Below, piece after piece: positions 16,203 through 25,101 of a stretch of DNA of 32,000 nucleotides. Each line of letters begins with the position of its first letter. Within the stretch, counting starts at the first letter, position 1. The notes under the pieces are model-generated. The model made no database searches. It had not been told where the DNA came from and saw nothing but the letters and a program-made list of their open reading frames with translations. The DNA is from Cylindrospermopsis raciborskii Cr2010. GTDB lineage: Bacteria > Cyanobacteriota > Cyanobacteriia > Cyanobacteriales > Nostocaceae. The DNA is taken from assembly GCF_003367075.2 (NCBI RefSeq), contig NZ_CP065936.1, positions 90,001 to 122,000 on the forward strand, written 5' to 3'. A program made the position numbers and the translations under genes.

Positions 16203-16760
16203 ATGCCATTAGGTAGAGAATTGCCACAGTTGCTTAAGCAACGTTTATTCCATAAGGGTCGCAAATTCGACTTTGAAGTGAGTCGTTTACGGTTACCTAA
16301 CAAGTCGGAAGGAGAATGGGAATGTATTCGTCATCCTGGTGGTGCTTTAGCCATCCCAGTTACTGATGATGGCAAATTAATTCTGGTGCGCCAATATCGT
16401 TTTGCAGTTCAGGGAAGGTTGCTAGAATTTCCTGCTGGTACTGTGGAACCCAATGAAAAGCCCTTGACAACAGTACAAAGAGAAATTCAAGAAGAAATTG
16501 GTTACAAAGCTCATCAGTGGGACAAGTTAGGAGAATTTTTCCTAGCCCCTGGTTATTCCGATGAAATTATCTATGCTTTTTTAGCTCGGGATTTAGAAAA
16601 ACTGGAAACACCCCCCCAGCAAGATGAAGATGAAGATATTGAAACTGTGTTTTTAGCCCCTGCAGAATTAGAAGCCGCTATTGATAGAGGAGAGCCTGTA
16701 GACGCTAAAACCGTTACTAGCTTTTTCTTAGCTCGTTCGTTTTTGATGCTAAAACCTTAA
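16203..16760 (+). CDS. NUDIX hydrolase (ADP-ribose pyrophosphatase-like)
   Basis: GTVEPNEKPLTTVQREIQEEIGY is an exact fit to the Nudix box GX5EX7REUXEEXGU. Confidence 0.9.
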   Translation: MPLGRELPQLLKQRLFHKGRKFDFEVSRLRLPNKSEGEWECIRHPGGALAIPVTDDGKLILVRQYRFAVQGRLLEFPAGTVEPNEKPLTTVQREIQEEIGYKAHQWDKLGEFFLAPGYSDEIIYAFLARDLEKLETPPQQDEDEDIETVFLAPAELEAAIDRGEPVDAKTVTSFFLARSFLMLKP

Positions 16761-16767
16761 AACTTAC

Positions 16768-17547
16768 CTATCGCCAATAGCTACCTATAGAATCCCGAGT
16801 CCGATAGTGAAAACTATTGGCTATGATTCTTTTGCTAGGACCAAAATCCGCCAGCTTCCCAACATGATTTTGATTGTATTGAAATATGGCAGTAAAATCT
16901 GATAGTCTTAAAACCTGTTGGATATTGTGAGAAACAAAGACAATTGTTAACTCCGATCGCAAACACTCTATGAGTTCTTCCATCTTTTTAATGGCAATGG
17001 GGTCTAGTCCTAGACAAAATTCATCTATTAATAGTACCTGTGGTTTTACCGCTAGGGATCGGGCAATACAAAGTCTTTGTTGTTGTCCCATAGACAATTC
17101 TATGGCCGATTTGTGCAGTTTATTTTTCAACTCATCCCAAATATTTGCCCTCTTGAGTGCCATCTCTACTATTTCATCTAATTCTGCTTTGGGACGCCAG
17201 CCAATTAATTTCACCCCGTAGACCACATTGTCATAGATGCTCATGGGAAAAAGATTTGGTATGGCATAGATTATACTAATCTGACGGCGAAGACGATTTA
17301 AATTTACCCGTTTACCATGGATATTTTGTCCAAAAAATTCTACTGTTCCTTCTAATTTCACTTCTCCTTCTAGTTCACTCATACGGTTAAGAGATTTTAG
17401 AAAAGTCGATTTTCCACAACCGCTAGGCCCAATCATGGCTGTGATTTTGTTTTGACATATATTCATTGATACACCCTCAAGGATTTTTCGACTGTTGTAA
17501 TAAAAGTTAAAATTTTTGATGCTGAGGGCGGGGATGAGTTTACTCAT
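16768..17547 (-). CDS. PstB-like ABC ATPase; an orphan paralog with degenerate motifs
   Basis: Collinear with PstB along its length (NFNFYY, GPSGCGKST Walker A, FPMSIYDNV, GQQQRLCIAR, HNIQQ). However, the Q-loop Gln is replaced (IIYAIPN), the signature reads LSMGQ, and Walker B reads LLIDEFCLGLDP. No pstS/C/A genes are adjacent. Confidence 0.8.
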   Translation of the reverse strand: MSKLIPALSIKNFNFYYNSRKILEGVSMNICQNKITAMIGPSGCGKSTFLKSLNRMSELEGEVKLEGTVEFFGQNIHGKRVNLNRLRRQISIIYAIPNLFPMSIYDNVVYGVKLIGWRPKAELDEIVEMALKRANIWDELKNKLHKSAIELSMGQQQRLCIARSLAVKPQVLLIDEFCLGLDPIAIKKMEELIECLRSELTIVFVSHNIQQVLRLSDFTAIFQYNQNHVGKLADFGPSKRIIANSFHYRTRDSIGSYWR

Positions 17548-17602
17548 AAAAGAGGCCTAAATATGGTAGTTTCACGGTTTATTTACAGGAGGTGGGTGGT
17601 TT

Positions 17603-18814
17603 ATGCTCAAATCATTAAAGTATGTAGTAATTAGTATTATTGTCTGGCATTTGTCAAGTTTTGTCACACTGGCACAAAATCGAAAACCAACAATAGATAA
17701 GTTTTCCCCTAATCCCCTAGAAACTAATATACCAGACTCCCTCATTAGGAGTAATGTCAAAGAAAAACCATTAACTACGGAAGAATTAAAAACCTTAGAA
17801 GCTGCCTTAGATGAGTTGAATCAACAGGCTAGAATCAGGTTAGAAAGTGGAGATCAAGAAAATGCTTTTTCTATATGGAATCGAGAATTGCGACTAAGGC
17901 GATTTTTAGGAATGCCATCACAAGTACAAGCAATATCAAGAGTAGGTGCAATTGCTTGGCGAGAAAATAATCGAGAACAAGTACAGTATATCACGGAGAG
18001 CTTACGGAAAATTGAAACCCAGTTACGGAATGAAAAAAATGCTGATTTACAATTATGGCGATCGCTAGGGATAGCATATCAAAATTTGCGTTCTCCCCAG
18101 TTAGCAGTGAAGGTTTATGAGCAGGTTCTAAGTTTGGTCAAACGTGAAAATGACCCGGTTGCTGAGGTAGAAACTCTCAATCAAATAGGTGAGTTACATC
18201 TAAATTGGTTTAATTATTCCCAAGCTGCCATCACATATCAAGAACTACTGAATTTAGCAGTAACCAGAGGTGATAGAACCAATCAATTAAGGTACTTACA
18301 ACAATTGGCTTATACTTTTGAACAAAGTAAACAACCTCTTAAAGCAATTGACATACTCAATCAGTTAGCATCAATTTACAATCAACAAGACAACCAGGAG
18401 GCAATTCCCCGGTTAAAAATAGCAATAGCAGAAAATTATCAGTCCCTAGTACCACAAAATCCCTCCCTTCTTCAACCAGCATTGAACAGTTATCAAGAAG
18501 CTTATATTATTGCTTGGCAATTACAAATGTATCTAAGTGCTGGTGAAGCATTAGAAAAACTCATTGATCTTTATCGTTCGCAAAATCAAACTCGAGAAGC
18601 ATTACAAGCTAGTAAAATTCTACTAGAAACCCAAACCCTAGGCAGAAATTATTACGGACTAATGCAAGCCTATGATCAGCTGGGGGATATTTATCTACAG
18701 AAAGAAGAAAGTGACAACGCTTTAATAGCTTTTGAGCAGGGATTAAAAATTGCCCGAGAACTAAAATACCAAGAGGGTTATTTTGTCCAGAAAATTGCTG
18801 GATTGAAACCGTGA
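17603..18814 (+). CDS. Secreted tetratricopeptide (TPR) repeat protein
   Basis: AGGAGG Shine-Dalgarno upstream and an N-terminal signal-like MLKSLKYVVISIIVWHLSSFVTLA|QN. The rest consists of repeated TPR-like helical pairs (for example LGIAYQNLRSPQLAVKVYEQVL and LGDIYLQKEESDNALIAFEQGLKIA). Confidence 0.75.
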   Translation: MLKSLKYVVISIIVWHLSSFVTLAQNRKPTIDKFSPNPLETNIPDSLIRSNVKEKPLTTEELKTLEAALDELNQQARIRLESGDQENAFSIWNRELRLRRFLGMPSQVQAISRVGAIAWRENNREQVQYITESLRKIETQLRNEKNADLQLWRSLGIAYQNLRSPQLAVKVYEQVLSLVKRENDPVAEVETLNQIGELHLNWFNYSQAAITYQELLNLAVTRGDRTNQLRYLQQLAYTFEQSKQPLKAIDILNQLASIYNQQDNQEAIPRLKIAIAENYQSLVPQNPSLLQPALNSYQEAYIIAWQLQMYLSAGEALEKLIDLYRSQNQTREALQASKILLETQTLGRNYYGLMQAYDQLGDIYLQKEESDNALIAFEQGLKIARELKYQEGYFVQKIAGLKP

Positions 18815-18833
18815 GATTTCGAGATCACGACCA

Positions 18834-19568
18834 TTAGTCCGTTAAAACTTGGATGTCAGTAAGTTGATGGATAACCACATCCGCTCCCCGTACCTGTGCC
18901 AAGTTATTGTTCCAGATAATCCCTATACAACCCCCTGCTTTAGCATCTCGTGCCATTTGCATATCACCTATAGAATCCCCTACCATTAAAGCATTTTGAG
19001 GCTGCACACCTAAAGTCTGACAAGCTTGTAGAAACAATCTAGGATCTGGTTTACCAAGGCCCTCATCCACTCCCATTTCTAATTCTAGATAGTCTCTCAA
19101 ACCATAACAAGTGACAAACTGCTCCACACCTCTAGTGCTCGCAGCTGAAAGAATCCCCAGTTTTATTCCCTGGGATGATAATAACTCCAACAGATCTAAA
19201 ACTCCTGGGTATAAAGGGCATGGGTTTTGTCCAATATATTCATGAGCTTCTTCTAAAGCTTGACGGGCGATTTTTAAACAATCAAACCATCCTCTACCAG
19301 TTTCAGCAATGTAAGCAGCAGCAGCAATTTCCGTTTCCTTACGACTGGCTACGGCCATTAAACCTGTTAAATCCAAAACATCTCCACTAATCCCCAACGC
19401 CATTGACAATGGTTCCCCAATACCCGGAATTTGTGCGTCTATTAGTCTTACTGCCTTTTGACCTAGGGATCTTAAAAAATCTTCTGAGTCTTCTAAAGTA
19501 CCGTTTTTATCGAATAAAACTGCCTGAATATCTGAAAATACAACGTTACCACATTTAATAGTAGCCAT
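18834..19568 (-). CDS. HAD-superfamily hydrolase (phosphoglycolate phosphatase-like fold)
   Basis: Motif I variant VLFDKNGTL, motif II-like ILSAAS, and motif IV MVGDSIGDMQMA. Confidence 0.8.
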   Translation of the reverse strand: MATIKCGNVVFSDIQAVLFDKNGTLEDSEDFLRSLGQKAVRLIDAQIPGIGEPLSMALGISGDVLDLTGLMAVASRKETEIAAAAYIAETGRGWFDCLKIARQALEEAHEYIGQNPCPLYPGVLDLLELLSSQGIKLGILSAASTRGVEQFVTCYGLRDYLELEMGVDEGLGKPDPRLFLQACQTLGVQPQNALMVGDSIGDMQMARDAKAGGCIGIIWNNNLAQVRGADVVIHQLTDIQVLTD

Positions 19569-19620
19569 TTAGAGCTTAACCCCCATAAAATTAATTAAGA
19601 TTAACAACGCTAGTTAGCAA

Positions 19621-19648
19621 AAACAAAAAAGAGGGGAATTACCCTCTT
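19621..19648 (-). terminator. Rho-independent terminator of rpsA
   Basis: Minus strand reads AAGAGGG-taattc-CCCTCTT followed by TTTTTTGTTT, beginning 26 nt after the stop codon. Confidence 0.8.
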
Positions 19649-19673
19649 GTTTAAGTGTTTTGCTACAGATATG

Positions 19674-20705
19674 TTACTCTTCCACGGCCACCGGGATTTC
19701 TTCTTCCACTTCAATTGCTGGTGGAATTTCTGTTTGGGCAACTACTTCTAGTTCTTCCACCGGTGCGGTTTCTGCTCCTTCCACTGGTGCAACGGCAATA
19801 CCCTGCTGTTTAGCTAACATTTGTTCCCTATACTTAGCTGCCATTTCTTCAGCCTTGTCATAGACTAAATCACGATTCTTAATCATGTCCCCGGGTTCAG
19901 GCTCCAATTGCTTGGTAGATAGAGAAATACGACCTCTCTCAGCATCTAAATCAATGATCATGACTTTAACTTCGTCATTTACATTAAATACACTATGAGG
20001 CGTATCTATATGTTCCTGAGAGATTTCAGAAATGTGCAGTAATCCGCTTACACCACCAATATCAATAAATGCACCATAAGGTTTGATGCCGCGAACAGTG
20101 CCAATTACTACCTCTCCCACTTCCAAGCGGTTCATCTTACGTTCAACCAGTGCCCGACGATGGGAGAGGACCAAGCGGTTACGCTCCTCATCCACTTCTA
20201 GGAATTTTAAGGGCAATTGTTCCCCTACTAGTTCTTCTTTGGGCTTGCGAGTGCTAATATGGGAACCTGGAATGAAACCCCTGAGTCCCTCGATTCGTAC
20301 TAATGCACCGCCACGATTAGTCGCAAAAACATCAGAACGGACAGTGGCATCTTCTTTCTGTAATTGCCGCACTCTTTCCCATGCTCTCATGTATTCAATA
20401 CGACGAATAGACAGAGTCAACTGACCATCTTCGTTTTCATCAGTGAGAATGAAAAATTCCCGCGTTTCATTTGATTGTAAGACTTCTTCCGGGGCATCCA
20501 CCCGGTTAATAGACATTTCCTGTATAGGTATGTATGCTGCTGTTTTAGCACCAATGTCAATCAGAGCGCCACGCGGCTCTATACTAAACACTGTACCTGG
20601 TACAATATCACCAGGGCTGAAGTGATAATCGTACTTATCAAGTAGAGCAGCGAAATCTTCGTGAGTAAATCCAATTTCTTTGGCGGTTAAGTTCTGATTG
20701 ACCAT
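19674..20705 (-). CDS. rpsA: 30S ribosomal protein S1 (cyanobacterial three-S1-domain form)
   Basis: 343 aa with three S1/OB repeats (GDIVPGTVFSIEPRGALIDIG, VRSDVFATNRGGALVRIEGLRGFIPGSH, EVVIGTVRGIKPYGAFIDIGGVSGLLHISE) and an acidic tail. Confidence 0.95.
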   Translation of the reverse strand: MVNQNLTAKEIGFTHEDFAALLDKYDYHFSPGDIVPGTVFSIEPRGALIDIGAKTAAYIPIQEMSINRVDAPEEVLQSNETREFFILTDENEDGQLTLSIRRIEYMRAWERVRQLQKEDATVRSDVFATNRGGALVRIEGLRGFIPGSHISTRKPKEELVGEQLPLKFLEVDEERNRLVLSHRRALVERKMNRLEVGEVVIGTVRGIKPYGAFIDIGGVSGLLHISEISQEHIDTPHSVFNVNDEVKVMIIDLDAERGRISLSTKQLEPEPGDMIKNRDLVYDKAEEMAAKYREQMLAKQQGIAVAPVEGAETAPVEELEVVAQTEIPPAIEVEEEIPVAVEE

Positions 20706-20914
20706 GCTGATTTGTTCCTGGTTCTAGTCTCCGTAAGTTTTTGTCAAAGTTAACGATCTATATGCCATAAGGCGATTGTTTGTAGTGTAGCAAAAAACTA
20801 GTTAAGCTATCCCACAGGGTGGTTCTTTGCCAGTTCCTTGTAAATCTACACTTACATCCTTACCTGATCCTAGCCCGGAAGCTAGGCTTACACATATTAT
20901 CTTCCAGACAGATT

Positions 20915-20943
20915 ATTCTATCACATCTAAAAATTTTTTTCAA
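20915..20943 (-). promoter_or_regulatory. Candidate rpsA promoter, implying a ~200-nt leader
   Basis: Minus strand reads TTGAAA (20943-20938), exactly 17 nt, then TAGAAT (20920-20915). Confidence 0.45.
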
Positions 20944-21259
20944 CTCTTGGAGAATCACAAGAAAATCGCCGAAAGGCACGGTTAGACAGGAAGTGCCAAC
21001 GGCGAATTTATTCGCCTTGATATTTAACCGTGATGCGGATCTTCAATATTCCAGTGTTGTCTTTATGTTATTTTGTGGCTGCTATTGACAAGTAGGTCTT
21101 ATCTGAGGCTATACTTTCGAAATCAACTTAAAGTAGCGGTGATGCTAAGAATTAATTTTAGCAGAATCAGTAGAGGCTGTTTAAGCCAGCCTCAGAAAGT
21201 TCGTTTATGGACTCTTCAGAAATCTCCGTGTCTTTAGACCGGAGAAGCTTAAAAGCGAC

Positions 21260-21904
21260 TTAGAGATTCTCTTTTGCTTGGTCGATTATACCCTCAAGAA
21301 TCACCTGGGGATCATCCGAGTCTATTTGTAGATCTTGGGATATTTGTCGGCGCAGGGGTTCATTTTCCCGCAAAATAGCCAATAAGTCATCCTGAGTTAC
21401 TATTTGTTCTTCTGGGGATAGGTTTTCCCCTGCTGGACTTCCTACTATATCGTCGTCTGGTCCATCATATTCCCATATTGGTTCTATGGGAGTGCGGGTT
21501 AATAATTCCATGCCTATCTCGTAGGCTAGATCACCTACCTCACCCACATCTAACTCCCCTAACTGTACTAGACGAGATGCTATCTCGTTGTGGGGATTTT
21601 TGGATTTTAATAATTTATTACCAAATTTGCGTAACCAGTCTAACCATTGCTCAGTAGTGACCCGATGTTCAATCTGATCTAACCAGTTTCGCGCCCAAGT
21701 GCGTCCCTTGGCCTGACGAACCCCTGCCAAAAGTTCTGTGAACAAAAATTCTAGATCTGTGTCACTTAGGGGGGGTATAGTCTTTTTTTCGCCATTTTGT
21801 GGCGCCTGGCTAGATCTACGTCTTTGACCTGATAAAGCTTGAAACACTCTTTTTAAAATTTGTTTAAGCCATTTAATTACACGGTTTAACATCTGTTCTA
21901 TCAT
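21260..21904 (-). CDS. Hypothetical protein (214 aa)
   Basis: Clean ORF with a basic amphipathic N-terminus (VIKWLKQILKRVFQALSGQRRRS) and an acidic C-terminal half. No motif recognised. Confidence 0.6.
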   Translation of the reverse strand: MIEQMLNRVIKWLKQILKRVFQALSGQRRRSSQAPQNGEKKTIPPLSDTDLEFLFTELLAGVRQAKGRTWARNWLDQIEHRVTTEQWLDWLRKFGNKLLKSKNPHNEIASRLVQLGELDVGEVGDLAYEIGMELLTRTPIEPIWEYDGPDDDIVGSPAGENLSPEEQIVTQDDLLAILRENEPLRRQISQDLQIDSDDPQVILEGIIDQAKENL

Positions 21905-22166
21905 TTAATTTTGGATAAGTTTGGAAGCAAAGGTTTACCTTTATTGACACAATCCGGTAAACATTATATAGCTTTAGCCAGGTAGGAGTTCTGGAACCTC
22001 CTTTAAATCAAAAATTTTGTTGGAAAACCTATTTCTCAAGAGTGAGTTATAATCGTTGGGCAGCATCCGATTAGAATCTCCCATTTCTGTAGTTTTCTAC
22101 TAAATAGGTTTAACACGGTTAAATCTTTACTGATAATGTTTCAAAATTGCCTAGAATTAAAGCCTA

Positions 22167-22196
22167 TTGACTGGTCGAAGTTCATCTAATTATATT
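22167..22196 (+). promoter_or_regulatory. Candidate dnaX promoter
   Basis: TTGACT (22167-22172), 18-nt spacer, TATATT (22191-22196). It lies ~25 nt upstream of the dnaX ATG. Confidence 0.4.
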
Positions 22197-22219
22197 CTGG
22201 TATAGAAACTAGCCAACCC

Positions 22220-24214
22220 ATGTCCTACGAGCCCCTACATCATAAGTATCGCCCCAAGAGTTTTGCTGAACTGGTTGGACAGGAAGCAATTGCTACCACG
22301 CTAACAAATGCTATTAGTTTGGTTAAGATTGCTCCAGCTTATTTATTTACAGGTCCCAGAGGTACAGGGAAAACTTCCAGTGCCCGGATTCTAGCTAAAT
22401 CATTAAATTGTCTCCAAACTGGTCATCCCACTCCTACCCCCTGCGGTGTATGTGACACTTGTCAAGGCATTACCAAGGGTTATTCCCTCGACGTGATTGA
22501 AATTGACGCTGCTAGTAATACGGGTGTAGATAATATTCGCGAACTAATAGAAAAGGCCCAATTCGCCCCCGTACAGTGTCGATATAAGGTTTATGTAATT
22601 GATGAGTGTCACATGTTAAGTGCAGCAGCATTTAATGCACTACTTAAAACCTTGGAGGAACCACCTAAACACGTAGTTTTTGTCCTGGCTACAACTGACC
22701 CTCAAAGAGTATTGCCAACTATTATTTCCCGTTGTCAAAGATTTGACTTTCGCCGAATTCAGTTGGAAGCAATGGTAAAACATTTATCTAAAATCGCTTA
22801 TAATGAAAATATCCCTATTTCCCAAGACGCTATTACCCTAGTCGCCCAAATATCTCAGGGGGGTTTACGAGATGCTGAAAGTTTATTAGACCAATTGGCT
22901 TTACTACCCGGAGAAGTTTCCCCAGAGCAGGTTTGGGATCTAGTCGGATCCGTTAGCGAAAAGGACTTATTTGCCCTATTACAGGCGATCGCTCAAAATG
23001 ATAGTGAGAAGGTATTAGATCACACGCGCAATATTTTAGACAGAGGTAGAGAACCCCTAATTATTCTGCAAAACCTGGGGGCTTTTTACCGAGATTTACT
23101 GATAGCTAAAACTGCCTCTAGCCGTCAGGATCTAGTGAGTTGTACTCAAGAAACATGGCAACAATTAGTTAGCTTTGCAGCTAAATTAGACATAACATTT
23201 ATTTTACGTGGACAGCAACAATTAAGAACAGCCGAGGTGCAATTAAAGAGTACCACCCAGCCACGTTTATGGCTAGAAGTGACACTACTGGGAATGCTAC
23301 CCATTACCCAGAGTTCCATGGTAGCTCCATCTAGCCCATCAGTCTATCCAGCGACTATACAAAACCAGAATGGGATTAACTACAATGTACCACCATCCCC
23401 TATTTATAAACAAGCCTATCAACAAGCCCATCAACAAGCAACCCCTAATTTAGTATCCAGTTCTTCATCACTACCCACCCATAATCCCCAGCATTCCCCT
23501 AATTATTTAGAACAAGCTACATCCAGCTCATCAGAAGCAATACCACCATCATCCGAACACGACCTAAATCAAATTTGGTATCAAGTGCTGGGCAATCTTC
23601 AACCAGCATCCAGGAGAGAAATGCTCCGTCAGATGAGTCAACTATTAGAATTCGATGGTAATTTAGCCAAGATTGGCATTAAACAAGCATGGTACGAGAA
23701 AGGTAAATCCGACCTAGGGATTATTCAAAATGCCTTTCATCAGACCTTTCAGCGTCATATTCAGATTCAGTTAGAAAAGACAAATTCCGGTAGCACCACC
23801 AGAAGAAATTCCATACCAGAAGATTCGACCCGTGTTTATCAATCACTAACCACACCAACATATCAACCAGCACCACAACCAACCCCATCACCCAAAATTG
23901 AAACAGTTCACACAGTAGTTAATAATCTAGCTAGTAACCCACCACTAGTCAATAAGTTGACGCCTAATCCAAGCACTCCATCCCCTCAACACAACAGGGA
24001 ACCAGAACCCATAGTCATAACCAATCAATTACCTAAATCTAATGGGTCAGTTTCCAACCAGGACGACAGTCAAGTAGCTAAAGCAGCTAAAAGTTTGGCT
24101 GAATTCTTCTCGGGACAAATAACTCAGCTCACAGATGACAACTTTGACCTAGCAGAAATTGGTGCATCAATGGATAGCGACCTAGAAGTATACAATCTGG
24201 ATGACTATGAGTAG
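22220..24214 (+). CDS. dnaX: DNA polymerase III subunit gamma/tau
   Basis: HKYRPKSFAELVGQE, Walker A GPRGTGKTS, a Cys cluster resembling the clamp-loader zinc module (NC-x9-PCGVCDTC), Walker B IDECHML, and the SRC motif ISRCQRF. A long Pro/Gln/Ser-rich linker precedes the C-terminal domain. Confidence 0.95.
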   Translation: MSYEPLHHKYRPKSFAELVGQEAIATTLTNAISLVKIAPAYLFTGPRGTGKTSSARILAKSLNCLQTGHPTPTPCGVCDTCQGITKGYSLDVIEIDAASNTGVDNIRELIEKAQFAPVQCRYKVYVIDECHMLSAAAFNALLKTLEEPPKHVVFVLATTDPQRVLPTIISRCQRFDFRRIQLEAMVKHLSKIAYNENIPISQDAITLVAQISQGGLRDAESLLDQLALLPGEVSPEQVWDLVGSVSEKDLFALLQAIAQNDSEKVLDHTRNILDRGREPLIILQNLGAFYRDLLIAKTASSRQDLVSCTQETWQQLVSFAAKLDITFILRGQQQLRTAEVQLKSTTQPRLWLEVTLLGMLPITQSSMVAPSSPSVYPATIQNQNGINYNVPPSPIYKQAYQQAHQQATPNLVSSSSSLPTHNPQHSPNYLEQATSSSSEAIPPSSEHDLNQIWYQVLGNLQPASRREMLRQMSQLLEFDGNLAKIGIKQAWYEKGKSDLGIIQNAFHQTFQRHIQIQLEKTNSGSTTRRNSIPEDSTRVYQSLTTPTYQPAPQPTPSPKIETVHTVVNNLASNPPLVNKLTPNPSTPSPQHNREPEPIVITNQLPKSNGSVSNQDDSQVAKAAKSLAEFFSGQITQLTDDNFDLAEIGASMDSDLEVYNLDDYE

Positions 24215-24312
24215 TAACCACCCATGTAAGGTGATAAATGTGCCGATCAAACCGTAATCTCATGAAAACTGTTGTAGTCAGAACCATGTAAAAACTATCT
24301 GCTACTGTATTC

Positions 24313-25065
24313 ATGAGTAACATAATAGAATTGTCCAAATACGATGCCGCCCTAACTAGTATCAATAACGTACCAAACAATCCTGCTGGAAGTGGAATAG
24401 GAGAATTGATAATCAACTATTACAGCTCTCCACTTAACAGAAAGACAGAAATAATACAGCAAGCCTTAAACTACGGAAAGGAGGGGACAAAATTTCTCCT
24501 TTGCATTCTCAACGACAAACAAGAAAACCCAGAGGTCAAAGATGTAGTCTATAGTCTATTATTTAAATGTAGTGGATTAATCAGCTCTCTGAATAACAAC
24601 AAAACACTAATCACGGACACATCTCATACCTCTCAAGGGTCATCACTAAAAGCGGATGAACCAGCAGTTAATATTTATACACAGCTAAACAAATTACTCA
24701 AGGAGAAGAACTGGAAAGAAGCAGATTTGGAAACGGAAAAGATCATGTTGACAGTGGCAAAACGAACGGAACAAGGGTACTTACAGTTACAGGACATTGA
24801 GAATTTTCCCTGTTTTGACCTGCATACCATTGACCAATTATGGTTAGAACACAGTGGTGGAAAATTTGGTTTCTCCGTCCAGCGACGAATATATCAGAGT
24901 TTGGGAGGGGGTAAAAACTACGATCTTCTAATTTGGAGAGCATTTGGAGATCAGGTGGGATGGAGAAGAGAAGGAAAATGGCTTGACTACTCCCATATTA
25001 ACTTTGCCATAACCGCACCAGTTGGTCATTTACCCCTGTGGGGAGATGTAGATGATGGACTATAA
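24313..25065 (+). CDS. GUN4 domain-containing protein
   Basis: The C-terminal half matches the GUN4 core: NWKEADLET...IENFPCFDLHTIDQLWLEHSGGKFGFSVQRRIY...WRAFGDQVGW...FAITAPVGHLPLW. Confidence 0.85.
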   Translation: MSNIIELSKYDAALTSINNVPNNPAGSGIGELIINYYSSPLNRKTEIIQQALNYGKEGTKFLLCILNDKQENPEVKDVVYSLLFKCSGLISSLNNNKTLITDTSHTSQGSSLKADEPAVNIYTQLNKLLKEKNWKEADLETEKIMLTVAKRTEQGYLQLQDIENFPCFDLHTIDQLWLEHSGGKFGFSVQRRIYQSLGGGKNYDLLIWRAFGDQVGWRREGKWLDYSHINFAITAPVGHLPLWGDVDDGL

Positions 25066-25101
25066 CATTAGAGTTTCCCATAAAATTGCCATTTTTTAAT
25101 T

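Noticed and set aside
16761-16767. The 7-bp gap between the convergent NUDIX and PstB-like genes as a possible regulatory feature
   Set aside because: No hairpin or motif fits in 7 bp, so this is simply tight convergent packing.
20819-21088. 89-aa plus-strand ORF in the rpsA upstream region
   Set aside because: It has a non-ATG start, runs antisense across the predicted rpsA leader and promoter, and has a hydrophobic or odd composition with no SD.
22220-24214. Programmed -1 frameshift site in dnaX (gamma versus tau)
   Set aside because: I found no A-AAA-AAG-type slippery heptamer or long A-run when reading the gene by eye, so a frameshift cannot be asserted from the sequence.
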